Positions 26,702 to 36,621 of a stretch of 64,000 bases of DNA are shown piece after piece. A program made the translations under genes and the position numbers. Every line of letters starts with the position of its first letter. The stretch's first letter is position 1. The stretch spans positions 1,868 through 65,867 of IMG/VR virus record IMGVR_UViG_3300046463_000715; one strand, 5' to 3'. This DNA comes from a virus. Lineage: Duplodnaviria; Caudoviricetes. The notes under the pieces are model-generated. The model was not told the DNA's origin, made no database searches, and saw only the letters and a program-made list of their open reading frames with translations.

Positions 26702-27036
26702 TCGTCGGAGAGTTTGATTGAGATTTGGTTGCTGACGTGGGGAGTGATTTCCAAAGGCCCGCAGCCGTAGCCGGTGACTTCGATGCGGTCTCCGCTCAGG
26801 TTGACGCAAATCTTGCGACCGTTGTCGAGCTCGAAGTAGACTCGGTCGTCCTGAATATATTTTCGCTCGTCATTGAGCGGAGCCCAGAGCGAGACCTTCG
26901 AGGGAGTCTGACTGTCGAGATACTCCTTCAGTCGCTGCTCGGCGTTAAAGCGGAGCCCGTTGATAAGCTGGATGTGTTTCTGAGCCCAGGCCGGGAGCTT
27001 CAAAACCATTTCGGCGCTGACTTGTTTTTGTTTCAT
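26698..27036 (-). CDS. hypothetical protein
   Basis: KLPAWAQ...LEITPHVSN. Confidence 0.55.
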   Translation of the reverse strand: MKQKQVSAEMVLKLPAWAQKHIQLINGLRFNAEQRLKEYLDSQTPSKVSLWAPLNDERKYIQDDRVYFELDNGRKICVNLSGDRIEVTGYGCGPLEITPHVSNQISIKLSDE

Positions 27037-27593
27037 TCGAGAGGGGTGACTCGGTTTGCTTTGGCCCAGGCGCAGTGTGCCTCGGCCACGGGGTAAAAAT
27101 CTTGCTTCGCCGGACCGTTCAGGTCTCGCTTGAAGTCGTCGAGAGCGCGCACCGTGTAACCGTATTTTACGAACGGCTGGTGACGCTTCAGGTAATACCG
27201 CAGGAGCGGAGCCGAGGTCCGGTCGTCCGGATTTGAGTTGAACCAGGAGACGAGCTCGGGAACAGAAATGACTTCGCCGAGGTCCAGGGCGTCCTCTCCA
27301 CCTCTGAATTCCTTGTCCTGCTTGTCGATTCTGGTCACGATGAGCTTGGTCGCAGGCCGACCGATTTCGGTCTTCACGTCCGGCAGCTCCTCGACGACTT
27401 GCGTGATGCCTTCTTCGAGCCGAGAAATTTGCTCCTCGGGGAGTTTGAAGGTGAAGAGAGGCGAGAGCAGCCCATTCGCATCCAGGACGAAAAGGAGAAC
27501 AGAAGAAAGCTTGCTCGGGACGGTCTCCGCCTGGACTGTCGCGGGAGTTTGGGCGGGCTTCGCTTGGGGCGCTCGGTCTTGTGCTTTAATCAT
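27033..27593 (-). CDS. hypothetical protein
   Basis: overlapping start/stop chain; start inferred at MIKAQ. Confidence 0.5.
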   Translation of the reverse strand: MIKAQDRAPQAKPAQTPATVQAETVPSKLSSVLLFVLDANGLLSPLFTFKLPEEQISRLEEGITQVVEELPDVKTEIGRPATKLIVTRIDKQDKEFRGGEDALDLGEVISVPELVSWFNSNPDDRTSAPLLRYYLKRHQPFVKYGYTVRALDDFKRDLNGPAKQDFYPVAEAHCAWAKANRVTPLE

Positions 27594-27801
27594 TGGAGGG
27601 TAATAGTTGAACTTTTTTATTTGATACCGGCTGAATGCAAACCCACTTTTCTGGGTTGCCGGGAAACTGGTCACGGCGGAGCTTGCAAATCTTTCGAGCG
27701 AGCGTAGCCCACCCGGAACCGATTAGGTTCAGCTCACCACCTGCGAGAATCTCGACCACCCCGGAGTTGGGGTAGGTGACTTTGTAAAAGGTCGGCTTCA
27801 C
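27586..27801 (-). CDS. hypothetical protein
   Basis: 71 aa, in the chain. Confidence 0.45.
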   Translation of the reverse strand: MKPTFYKVTYPNSGVVEILAGGELNLIGSGWATLARKICKLRRDQFPGNPEKWVCIQPVSNKKVQLLPSND

Positions 27802-27938
27802 TTCTCCCCGAGCAGGGCTCGCGCCTGTTTGACCTTCTCCCTGCGCTTGCGTTGCGCTGCGCTCATGTTCTTGCGAGTCTGTTCCTCCCGCTCCAGGATG
27901 GCGCGAGCCTCTGCTTCGGTCATTGTCTGTTCAGTCAT
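27798..27938 (-). CDS. small basic helical protein (46 aa, MTEQTMTEAE...)
   Basis: directly after TTGACA-N17-TATATT (27950-27978). Confidence 0.5.
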   Translation of the reverse strand: MTEQTMTEAEARAILEREEQTRKNMSAAQRKRREKVKQARALLGEK

Positions 27939-27979
27939 GCTTACACAACAATATATGCACAGGTATTCCGGATGTCAAA

Positions 27980-28780
27980 TAGACCGGCCCCGGATGTGCA
28001 TTGCGGCGGGAGGAGAAGGGGAGGGGGGGGGAGTATATACTTATTATTTTTTCTTTTTCTTAAAGAATATAAAAAATAAGTAATAGGTAGGTAGAGTATT
28101 GTCTGTCTATCGCCGAGCTCGGGCGGAGCCCGTTTTCTGTAAAGCCCGCTTCCGGCAAATTCGGTTGTGTTAAGCCGTCCGGCCACTTTTCTGCACATCG
28201 CCGAAAACATCGACGGTCGACACCCGCCAGGGGAGGTCCGGCCAAAAAAATCAAATGGGGGGAGGGGGAGTAACGAGCCTGTGTGTTCCCCACCCCGGCC
28301 CCGTTGACACCCCTGAATGGGACCCAAAAGGCCTAAGTTGAGATAAGCACCTCGAAGGCAAGCACTTGCGCTACGCCCGGGGGATGGTCCACCCTCCTCA
28401 GCTCCCATGCCACTCGCAGCTGGTCGCGCTCCGCTCTAACTCATTGTCTCTTATAGTCTTAGCATCGAAGCGAAGCCCAATTGAATATAACTATTATTGT
28501 GCGAAGCGGGGCGACTAAGGTGCTGTGAATCAATGGGTTAGGCGGAGCGCGGGTTGGCACGGGACCTGGAGGCGGGTAGCCCGGGGGGTTGGTCGTCGAC
28601 TGTGGCAGTGCTAACCGGCCCTCCTCGGACCCACTACAGGTTGTATGCGCTACGCCTAGACCCCAAGCTATAGACACTCGGGCTCCGCTTGGAATACTAC
28701 AGTAAGACGCTAGAGATACTCAGGTGCCTACCATAGTAACATGAGCAAGTTACTCATGATTGAAACTCTCCGGATGTCGG
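27980..28780. other. non-coding region, candidate packaging site / genome terminus / origin
   Basis: no credible ORF; G-runs, AT-rich tract, four GCGGAGC[CG]CG motifs, IHF consensus at 28528-28540; adjacent to the TerS-like gene. Confidence 0.5.
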
Positions 28781-28782
28781 GC

Positions 28783-29496
28783 TCAGCTGGCTGGCTCGCC
28801 TGGAAGGCCTGCTGGCGGCTCTGGCGTGCCCGGGGGCGAGCTTTCTGGCTCTGGACGCAGGTCGATGACCGGACCATTCCCTTGGGGCAGGATGCGCTCT
28901 CCTCGCGGAGCCCCGATTGCGGTCGGCAAGATGATGGTGATTGCCTGCTGCGGGCTGTTCGTGGCGCTGACCTCGGCCCGACGCTCTTGTCCATCGGCTG
29001 CGGCGTCACCGAGGGCTCGGTAGGCCAAGTCTGCCAGGGTCCGGGCGTAGGTGCCGATGTTCACGAGGTCTGCTGGCCCTGGTGCTGCCTCGACCCAGAC
29101 CGGTCCAACCTTGGGGACACTGATGTGCTTGCCGACTCTGTAGGTCCCTTCCTTGATGCCTTGCAGGATTCTGTCGAGCTCCTCGCCCATGCGAACGGCC
29201 CGCTGGTATTGCTGCTCTCGGTTCTGTTTGATGAGGGCGAGGCGCGCTCTAATCTCTGGCGGCAGAAGCTGGTTGTTGGCTTCGAGCTGGCTCACCGGCC
29301 CTGAGTTGCTGTCGGTCGTGACCAAGGCCCTGGACTGCGCCAGGATTTTCTCTCGCATCACTAACCACTTCTCGTCGATGCTGCGCCTCTTGACCGACTC
29401 AGGTGGGATTCCGAAGACCGCTGCGACCTCATCGAGTGTGCTGCCGCCGACGTATGCCGTGAATGCTGCGGCCCAATTGTGCTGTGCGATTGCCAT
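28783..29496 (-). CDS. terS: putative terminase small subunit
   Basis: N-terminal HTH (AFTAYVGGSTLDEVAAVFGI...RRSIDEKW), helical core, ITIILP tail. Confidence 0.55.
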   Translation of the reverse strand: MAIAQHNWAAAFTAYVGGSTLDEVAAVFGIPPESVKRRSIDEKWLVMREKILAQSRALVTTDSNSGPVSQLEANNQLLPPEIRARLALIKQNREQQYQRAVRMGEELDRILQGIKEGTYRVGKHISVPKVGPVWVEAAPGPADLVNIGTYARTLADLAYRALGDAAADGQERRAEVSATNSPQQAITIILPTAIGAPRGERILPQGNGPVIDLRPEPESSPPGTPEPPAGLPGEPAS

Positions 29497-29518
29497 AGAT
29501 TAAATATACCACACACAG

Positions 29519-29857
29519 CTACGGCTGTCCCTCGAATAGGTCGCAGGCTTCCTCGAAGTCTTCGAACTTAAAGTCATTCCAACTCGGCTTGTCCGGCCAG
29601 CTCTTCATGTAACGCCAGTTCCCGAACATCACCAGTTTTTTGTCACGCTCTCGTTGTGCCTTCAGAGATTCTCTGACCGGTCGCCTGCGCCATCGGTGCA
29701 TTAAGTCGCCCCGCCTCAGAGATTCTGTGTCGAACTTCTGGCCGCATTCGTTGCAGTTACTCAGCTGGTGACCTTGGCTGGCTCCGCACCAGCAATAGGG
29801 TCCATCAATTGATTGCTGCAGCCATTCTAGGGCGCTCTGGACTTTGCTATTCATCAC
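29519..29857 (-). CDS. Zn-ribbon hypothetical protein
   Basis: CWC...CNEC. Confidence 0.45.
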   Translation of the reverse strand: MMNSKVQSALEWLQQSIDGPYCWCGASQGHQLSNCNECGQKFDTESLRRGDLMHRWRRRPVRESLKAQRERDKKLVMFGNWRYMKSWPDKPSWNDFKFEDFEEACDLFEGQP

Positions 29858-30135
29858 ACGCTCATGTGCAGCGAGTCCAAGCTGTCGTCGTAATGCACAC
29901 CGCAGCGAACGAGCTCGTCGACTTGGTCCTGAGTGATACCGGCCTTCTCAAGTTGCTCTGGGTCGACAGCCAGCCAGATTTCATCGTGCTCCGCCGCGCT
30001 CACCATGTCAGCTGTTCCCGGCACGAGCTGATTGATAAGGTTGAAGGCCAGCAGGTCCTGCCGTGCCTCGGGTTTCACATAGGGACGACCAAGCCAGCGC
30101 TCGGTTGCTTCTTCGAACATTGCTTTGATAGTCAT
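29854..30135 (-). CDS. hypothetical protein
   Basis: SAAEHDEIWL...ELVRCGV. Confidence 0.6.
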   Translation of the reverse strand: MTIKAMFEEATERWLGRPYVKPEARQDLLAFNLINQLVPGTADMVSAAEHDEIWLAVDPEQLEKAGITQDQVDELVRCGVHYDDSLDSLHMSV

Positions 30136-30141
30136 ATCGGC

Positions 30142-30414
30142 TCATTCAATCGCGTAGAGCATCCCCTCGAACAGTTTGATTTTGCTCCACCGCTTGCCGC
30201 GCACCAGCAGCGCAATCCATTTGCTCGGCACAACGGTGCAGAACTTCTTAATCTCTTCGACACGTCTCTTCGGTATGTCGTAGTGGTCGACATGAAACCA
30301 GCAGCGTTTAATCTGCAGCAGCCTCGCCATTTGGTGCAGGTTGTCGACGCTGTAGGGAATGCACACGAGGTGCCTGCTCTCGTCGCAGAAGAACTTCAGT
30401 GGCTGTTGACTCAT
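30142..30414 (-). CDS. DUF4031-like protein
   Basis: HL...LHQMA...KRCWFH.DHYDI signature. Confidence 0.65.
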   Translation of the reverse strand: MSQQPLKFFCDESRHLVCIPYSVDNLHQMARLLQIKRCWFHVDHYDIPKRRVEEIKKFCTVVPSKWIALLVRGKRWSKIKLFEGMLYAIE

Positions 30415-30605
30415 GATAGATTGTGGACCCTGCCTTCGACGCACGCGAAGAGAATGCCAGGGCGAAACACCCAGCGCTCGCTCTGCGCTCGCTCTGCGAT
30501 TTCCTTGAGCTCTTTCATGTTACCGAAACTCGCGTTAATCACGAGGCTGATGACGATGGGCTGGCCCTTATGGTCCGCTTCCAGTAAGTAGATGTCGGCT
30601 CTCAT
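30411..30605 (-). CDS. hypothetical protein
   Basis: ATGA-coupled chain. Confidence 0.45.
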   Translation of the reverse strand: MRADIYLLEADHKGQPIVISLVINASFGNMKELKEIAERAQSERWVFRPGILFACVEGRVHNLS

Positions 30606-30889
30606 GGTGTCAGTCTTCGAAAATTCTTTTCCCAAAGTTCTTTGGCAATCACCGTCGCGACCTCGCCCACCACTTCCTCGCGCAGGAAGCAAAACTCCCG
30701 GTGCAGAAGCTCGTGGATGAGTGTGTCCATGTAGTGCAGAGAGCTCAACCTCGGGTCAATCTCGATGGCTCCTGTGTTGAACGAGTCGCAGTGGCCCCAC
30801 ACCGTGTCCTTCCCTTTGTAAGGGTCACGACTGAGATTGCGCTCGACGACCGGCGCGAACTTCTTCGATTTATTTGGTGATACTCTCAT
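30602..30889 (-). CDS. HExxH zincin-like mini-metallopeptidase
   Basis: WGHC...IEIDPRL...TLIHELLH...EE. Confidence 0.65.
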   Translation of the reverse strand: MRVSPNKSKKFAPVVERNLSRDPYKGKDTVWGHCDSFNTGAIEIDPRLSSLHYMDTLIHELLHREFCFLREEVVGEVATVIAKELWEKNFRRLTP

Positions 30890-31242
30890 AAGAACTGTGC
30901 TCCCCAGATTAATGCCTCGGCTGCGTTGGCAAAGGCTGGCCTGCGCTTCGCCTTGATTGCAGCGAATCTTTTGCTCAGCTCCTCGTCGCCCATTTCACTG
31001 AGTGTCTCGCTCAGATAGCCGAACGCTGTCCGCTCTTCGGGGTCTCGGGTGTTCTTGTCGGCCTCGGCGCGCAGAGCATCGCAATCGTTGCAGGTCTTGT
31101 AGCGAGCTGGCTCGTGGTCCCAGATGCCAGAGACACGGTGATACTTCTCACCCTCCATGATTAAGCCGCCGCACTCACAGCACTTATGCCGCTTGCGCGC
31201 CTTGGGCTCCGCTTCGGTTATACACGATGGCAGCTCACACAT
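30886..31242 (-). CDS. Zn-finger protein
   Basis: ARKRHKCCECG...GEKY...TCNDC. Confidence 0.65.
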   Translation of the reverse strand: MCELPSCITEAEPKARKRHKCCECGGLIMEGEKYHRVSGIWDHEPARYKTCNDCDALRAEADKNTRDPEERTAFGYLSETLSEMGDEELSKRFAAIKAKRRPAFANAAEALIWGAQFL

Positions 31243-31489
31243 AAATTCTTGGGGCGATTGGGTTCAGGATTGGTTCGCTATTGCCGAGCACCATCGCAAC
31301 TCGGCAGACTTCCTTCGGCTCGGTGCGCCACCGGTAGCAGTGACAGATGACGCAGAGACCGGCGCTCACCTTCATGATGCTCTCGCAGTTGTCGCACACC
31401 TTGCAGGCCTCTGGGTTCGCAATAATCTTCTGGGCCTGGGCTAATCGTTCTTTGTTCATGATGGGTTCTGTAATTTCCTCTCGTGGCAC
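31235..31489 (-). CDS. Zn-finger protein
   Basis: KVCDNCES...CVICHCYR. Confidence 0.55.
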   Translation of the reverse strand: MPREEITEPIMNKERLAQAQKIIANPEACKVCDNCESIMKVSAGLCVICHCYRWRTEPKEVCRVAMVLGNSEPILNPIAPRIYV

Positions 31490-31655
31490 TCATCCCAGGC
31501 GCGCTTTCGAAATTGGCAGTGCAGCTCGCTGTCGGTGAACATCGCGATGTGGGGAACGTCCCCGCTCTTGATGCCCACTTTGCCAAGCAGCCATTGCCAA
31601 GTCTTGGGCGGGCATTGCCCCTTCACTGCATAGCTTCGGCCTGTTATGCTTAAGT

Positions 31656-31868
31656 TCATGAGTTAAAGCGTTTCAGAATGTTGCCCAGCTCCATCGCGTC
31701 CTGCAGTGTCTGCCCAATCTGCTGTAGCGTCTTCAGCTCGTGCTCGATTAGGCTCAGGCTGGCCTTGCGCACGAGGTTGGTGCTGCTCTTGAGGTCCTGC
31801 TGCTTGCGATAGAGCTCGTCGCATTTCCAGTTAATCCACTGCAGTTGTTCTTGTATTTTGTTCATCAT
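31656..31868 (-). CDS. hypothetical coiled-coil protein
   Basis: 70 aa, in the chain. Confidence 0.45.
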   Translation of the reverse strand: MMNKIQEQLQWINWKCDELYRKQQDLKSSTNLVRKASLSLIEHELKTLQQIGQTLQDAMELGNILKRFNS

Positions 31869-32128
31869 TGTTCTTCGGGGTTTGTTATTGCTTTGAACGG
31901 CGGGAGCTTGCTCGGGACACCTATGGCAATCGCTTCCCAGCGGAGAATCTCTTCGTCGACCGGCGCTGACTTCATTTCGCTCAGCTCCCAGCTCGCCTTG
32001 TTGGCCCAGCGTTTGAGGTCGAGGTAGTAGACCGTGCCCAAGCTGCCTTCGGCTGGGAACACGATGATGTCTTTCTTGAAAGGCTCCTCGGTGCCTCTGA
32101 AGTAGCGGGGAAAAGTTTTCGGGGGCAT
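31865..32128 (-). CDS. hypothetical protein
   Basis: 87 aa, FPRYF start. Confidence 0.5.
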   Translation of the reverse strand: MPPKTFPRYFRGTEEPFKKDIIVFPAEGSLGTVYYLDLKRWANKASWELSEMKSAPVDEEILRWEAIAIGVPSKLPPFKAITNPEEQ

Positions 32129-32705
32129 ATTAGCGGTCTCGGTTTAAGTTCCGGTATTTACAAAAAGCGTTTGAGAATTCAATGTGTGCAGCGCGGATGT
32201 CGTCGACTGCAGAAATGATAGAGGCCCAGGCGAGTCGTTCCTTCTTCTGGGCTCGTGCGCAGGCCTTGTAAGGATGATTGGGGCGTTCGAGGCGCAGGAG
32301 CTTCTCTTCGGCTGCCTCTTTGATTTCAGATGCGGTCATGGGACAATTTTGTGTGCTGCTAGTTGTGCTGTCGGCCAAGTGGTCTCCCAGTCGCTGTTGG
32401 TGCGCTTAAACTCCTGGAAGACCACGCTCTCGGATTTGCTGAACTGAATCGAGCTGCCGTTGTTCCGCCATACCTTGCGGATTTCCACCAACTGAATTGC
32501 GGCCTCTCGAAGTGTCATCTTATTTACGTGGTTGCGACTAGGGTTTGTTCGGCAGTGGAGCGCAGGCCCGCCCGTTGCGGCCTCGGTGCTGCGTTCCAGC
32601 GGCGTTTGTTTTCCAGGTAGAGTGAGCGGTGCGCACTCTGGCCTGTTCCAGTGCCGTGCCCCGAATACTTTCGCAGTAGCTTTGCAGTTTTTCCATTCAT
32701 GTGTT

Positions 32706-33320
32706 TTAAATACCGTAGACCGATTTGCTGATTGCGCCGAGTGTGTCGATTAAGCTAGTGGTCCGGCTCTCGGCCTGATTAATGTAGCGCAGGGCTGTCT
32801 CGTGCCGTGACTCGTCGGGGTGCTTGCTCGCGACCGCGAAGAGCAGCTCGTTGTAGAGCTCCTGAACACTTCGGCCCTCGTTCACTGCCTCGGAGCCAAT
32901 GATTTCACAAGCTCGCTCGTGTGTGATGGGCTTGTAAACGTGTGCCCACTCTTTGACGTGCTCGACCATCGAGCGGTCATCCGCACACGGGCACCATCTG
33001 TTCGCCCTGTCCGACCACAGGAACCCAAAGCATCGCTCGCTGTTCGAGCGATACACAACGTCTCCGTTGAGCCAGAAGAGAGGGAATGACACCACCGGCA
33101 CTTCTAACTTGCGTCGGCGAGGTCTCCAGTGCGTGAGTAAAGGCTTGCCAGCTTTGGTCTCTTCCTTGGCCCAGCCTTGCCTCTGTCGCCAGACCTCGTC
33201 GGTGCCGATGATTATTTCGAAGGGTTCGAGGAGCCTGTAGCCTACCCCGGGCTCCGCTTGTTCGATACGATACTGAGCTCGCCGAGGAGCTGAGTGTGTC
33301 ACTGTGCTTACGTTCATCAT
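32706..33320 (-). CDS. hypothetical protein
   Basis: C-terminal YNELLFAVASKHPDESRHETALRYI motif. Confidence 0.55.
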   Translation of the reverse strand: MMNVSTVTHSAPRRAQYRIEQAEPGVGYRLLEPFEIIIGTDEVWRQRQGWAKEETKAGKPLLTHWRPRRRKLEVPVVSFPLFWLNGDVVYRSNSERCFGFLWSDRANRWCPCADDRSMVEHVKEWAHVYKPITHERACEIIGSEAVNEGRSVQELYNELLFAVASKHPDESRHETALRYINQAESRTTSLIDTLGAISKSVYGI

Positions 33321-33559
33321 AATTTTGCTAACAGTTCTGCTTTGGTTTTTGCTGCGCGCTCTGCCGGGACCCAGGTCAAATCGTCGTCCCGGCTGGTCTT
33401 GTTTCCTACCTGATACTCCACCTTCGGAGTCTCAGGAGTCGCCCCAGCATAGCGGGCAGTTTGTCTGACCCGGACTTCGATAATATTCAGCAGCTTGACT
33501 TGGTTGTCAAGTAGGAAGTAGCCAGCGCTTCCTGCATCCATTTCAGTTTCGATGTTCAT
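33317..33559 (-). CDS. hypothetical protein
   Basis: 80 aa, TKAELL tail. Confidence 0.55.
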   Translation of the reverse strand: MNIETEMDAGSAGYFLLDNQVKLLNIIEVRVRQTARYAGATPETPKVEYQVGNKTSRDDDLTWVPAERAAKTKAELLAKL

Positions 33560-33575
33560 TGTGCTTCGGAGTTGA

Positions 33576-34565
33576 TTATAGTTTCCTGGTAGACGCTCGG
33601 GCCATTCGCCAGAAGTTTCTGATAGAACTCTGATAGAACTGCGCGAACCCTACCACTGTGCCGTTGAGAATCTGTTTCGAAAACTCATCGAACAGCCGCT
33701 GCTTAATCCAGTCGGTCTCCTCGGCCAGGATGTCGGCCTGAATCTCTCTGCAGAGCGGGCCAATGTCCTTGTTCTCGTTCGTCAGCTTACCGGCTTCGCG
33801 CAGGTGCTGAATAGCCTTGAGCCAGCGTGCCTCGGTGCGCAAACAGTTCGTGAGCTTCTCGACAATCTCTTTCGCTCCGTCCTTGCCTGGGTTGCCAGGG
33901 ATAGTTGCGCGCTTCTCTTTGAAAGCAGGCGCGACGATTTTAGCAGTCATCGGGGCCTTCGCTAACCTGTGGTCGAGCGGTGTCGAGCTCTCGGATTCGG
34001 GGTGAACCTTCGAGTAGTTCTTCACCACCACACCCTCGACCTTTACACCACCGAGCTGAGACTCGCGGGAGTGATACTCGCCGAAGCTGTCGAAGTTCGT
34101 AGTCACCGGAAGGTAGCCCTGGTAAAAGACCTGGACCGCTTCGATGCCGAGCTCTGCTGCCCACATTTCACGCGCACCGCGACCGGCGTAGGAGCCATCC
34201 GGCAGTCGGACATCGAACAGCACGAGGTTGTTCTTCGGCACGCGAGAGTAGGCCAGGATGTTGTGCTTCGGCTTCGCGAGATACTCGCATTGAAAGATAA
34301 GGCCTTCGAGGCTGACGGTGTGACTGCTTCTGTAGAGCACCATCTGCACCGCGCCCACGGCGTTGCTGAAGGCCAGCTTAAACATGCCCGGGTCGTTGGG
34401 GTCAATCGGCTGGCCCTTGCTGCGGCACTCAATCTTGCCGTTGACGACACCGAAGCTGAATTGCGAGCCGTCGATTTTCTCCTCGACCTGGACGAGGTCT
34501 TCGAAGATGCAGCTGTTGTGGCGCTGACCTAGCGCGTAGATTTTCGGAATGCTTGGGAGGTTCAT
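33576..34565 (-). CDS. ATP-dependent RNA ligase (Rnl2-like)
   Basis: motif I EEKIDGSQF, III FQCEY, IIIa VLFDV, IV EGVVVK, V AKIV, helical C-domain. Confidence 0.85.
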   Translation of the reverse strand: MNLPSIPKIYALGQRHNSCIFEDLVQVEEKIDGSQFSFGVVNGKIECRSKGQPIDPNDPGMFKLAFSNAVGAVQMVLYRSSHTVSLEGLIFQCEYLAKPKHNILAYSRVPKNNLVLFDVRLPDGSYAGRGAREMWAAELGIEAVQVFYQGYLPVTTNFDSFGEYHSRESQLGGVKVEGVVVKNYSKVHPESESSTPLDHRLAKAPMTAKIVAPAFKEKRATIPGNPGKDGAKEIVEKLTNCLRTEARWLKAIQHLREAGKLTNENKDIGPLCREIQADILAEETDWIKQRLFDEFSKQILNGTVVGFAQFYQSSIRNFWRMARASTRKL

Positions 34566-34568
34566 GAT

Positions 34569-34766
34569 TTATTCTGGTTTGATGTTCTCGCTCTTGAGCC
34601 TTCGGCTCATCACAACTTTATACGCTGCGGCCTCGGTGGTCCCGTGACCGCTGATTTCTTGCGCCTCGCAGTTTCGGTGCGGGCAGTAGACCGTGATACC
34701 GTCGTTCGGGTCCAGTGACGAGCCTCTCTGACTCGCCATCGGTTGTTTGCAGACTGGGCAGTTCAT
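34569..34766 (-). CDS. Zn-ribbon protein
   Basis: CPVC...CPHRNC. Confidence 0.55.
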   Translation of the reverse strand: MNCPVCKQPMASQRGSSLDPNDGITVYCPHRNCEAQEISGHGTTEAAAYKVVMSRRLKSENIKPE

Positions 34767-35065
34767 TTATTGACAAGCCCGTGGTCAACGTCGAGAGCGA
34801 ACTGCACGATACTGAACGAGTCAGCGTATTCCTTGGACGCTTTCGCGCTGGGCATAGCAGCCTCGGCCAGCTCCCGCGAAGAGTAGATGCCGAAGATTGA
34901 GAAGCCTTCGTAGTCGTAGCCAATCTCAATTACGAAAACCTGGGGACCAGAGCGCTCCAGGCGCACGGCTTCGGCCTCGGCTGCAACAGCTGCATCGCGC
35001 AGGGCCTTAGCCTCGGCGAGTTTCTCGTCTTTGAGTTGGCGGAGGGTTTTTTCAGAGTTGTCCAT
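34763..35065 (-). CDS. hypothetical protein
   Basis: GIYSSRELAE motif; start inferred at MDNSE. Confidence 0.55.
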   Translation of the reverse strand: MDNSEKTLRQLKDEKLAEAKALRDAAVAAEAEAVRLERSGPQVFVIEIGYDYEGFSIFGIYSSRELAEAAMPSAKASKEYADSFSIVQFALDVDHGLVNK

Positions 35066-35250
35066 AGTTTTTATAGTTTTGAGACCAGCACCGACAGCTC
35101 GTGACCGATGTAGGCCAGCTCCACGGCGATAACCAGGAGCAGGGTGAGTGCGGTGCAATCGTTGAGCTCTCTAAGCATTTCACGAATTTTGTTCACGCCC
35201 TACAATCGCACCGCACAAGCCACGTCGCAAGTTTTATTTCGTCCGCAGTT

Positions 35251-36057
35251 TTACTGAGGGCTACCCAGGGGTTCCCTGGTGCTCTCCGCCGGGAGGTGCG
35301 CAACGTGGCCCGGGTCAATCGCAGGGTCGACCTCGCGCAGCAGTCCGCAGATGATTCGAGAGAATACCCGAGGGGCACTGTCTGCAGCGAGCTGTGCAGA
35401 AGACTCGCCGTCGATGTTCGGCATGAGCTTCGCGAAGTCCACACCCTCGACAAGTCTGGTGATGACATCGGCCAGAGAGTCGAGAGGGATGCGGTAACCC
35501 TTCTGGTAATACTTCAGCACGCGCAGCATCGAACCACCAGCGTCTTCGTTGCGAACTGGGTTGCGGTAGATGAGCCGCTTCCCAGCAACGTCGCAGTAGA
35601 AACGCTCGTCGCACACTGAGTGCCAGTCGGTGCCGGTCCAGCTGAACGCAGCGCAGCAGCAGGTGAAGTCGAAGCTGTCGGCCACGCTCCGGTCCGAGCC
35701 GAAGCTCCAGCGGTGGATGATTTGAATGGTTGGCTTGAAGGCCAGCAACGTGTAGGCGTTGTCGGTCGTCCAGATTCGGTTCAGCTTTTTGCCGTCTTCA
35801 GCGGTGAACTCGTCGCTGCTACTGTCGGGCAAGTCGAAGAGCTCGGCGTTGAGCGTCATCGCCAGGAGCAAAGCCGTCTGCTTGTCCGGGCAGAAGACGT
35901 CGATGTCGTTGATTGGGTCCCCGGCGACGATGGAGCGGAGGAAGCCCCCGCCGACAAAGATTTTGTTAGCCCACTCCGGGCGCTTCATTATTGTCAGAAG
36001 CTGCTTCGGGGTTCGGAGGAGTGCAAACTGCAGGTCGTGATACGTTAGACTGTTCAT
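35251..36057 (-). CDS. CCA-adding / poly(A) polymerase-type nucleotidyltransferase
   Basis: FVGGGFLRS...DIDVF, SFDFT, RVLKYYQKGY. Confidence 0.8.
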   Translation of the reverse strand: MNSLTYHDLQFALLRTPKQLLTIMKRPEWANKIFVGGGFLRSIVAGDPINDIDVFCPDKQTALLLAMTLNAELFDLPDSSSDEFTAEDGKKLNRIWTTDNAYTLLAFKPTIQIIHRWSFGSDRSVADSFDFTCCCAAFSWTGTDWHSVCDERFYCDVAGKRLIYRNPVRNEDAGGSMLRVLKYYQKGYRIPLDSLADVITRLVEGVDFAKLMPNIDGESSAQLAADSAPRVFSRIICGLLREVDPAIDPGHVAHLPAESTREPLGSPQ

Positions 36058-36219
36058 GCTTTTTTGTTTCTTGGTTAAGTGCTTTCTCTAAATCTTCGAT
36101 GATTACTTCGAGCATCGCGCCAAGGTGCCGGAAGCTGTGCAGCTGCCTCATGGTGATGACGCGCTCCGCTCGGTGAACCCGACCGTCTCTAACTTCCTGG
36201 TAGGTTAGGCGTAATGTTC

Positions 36220-36621
36220 TCATACCAGTCCCTCCTCTTTGAGGTAGCTCTCGAAGTCTGCCGTGGCGACTCCGCACCAGCTTGCCTCGCGATACATGGT
36301 CTTGTAAAAGTCCTGAATCATTTCCCACTCGTCGGTGTCCGGCTGCGGGTCCCGAGGGACACAGATGAGACGGTGAAAGGTCCAGTGCTCTCCGCTCACG
36401 ATGCTGTTGCTCAGTGTCGCGAAGCGAATGTCGAGCTCGCCATTGTCTTGGCTGAGGTCGCGCACCCAAAGCGCGCTGCGCTTGCCCTGCATGAGCACAG
36501 CATCGCGCATCGTCTTCTGGACATCGTCGGGCACGAACTTGGTCGTCTCATCGTTGTTGGCCTCGATGATGTGGGTCGCATTGCCCTGCTCGCTGCGGGA
36601 GCTTAGGCTTCGGAGAGACAT
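36220..36621 (-). CDS. hypothetical protein
   Basis: 133-aa ORF. Confidence 0.45.
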   Translation of the reverse strand: MSLRSLSSRSEQGNATHIIEANNDETTKFVPDDVQKTMRDAVLMQGKRSALWVRDLSQDNGELDIRFATLSNSIVSGEHWTFHRLICVPRDPQPDTDEWEMIQDFYKTMYREASWCGVATADFESYLKEEGLV

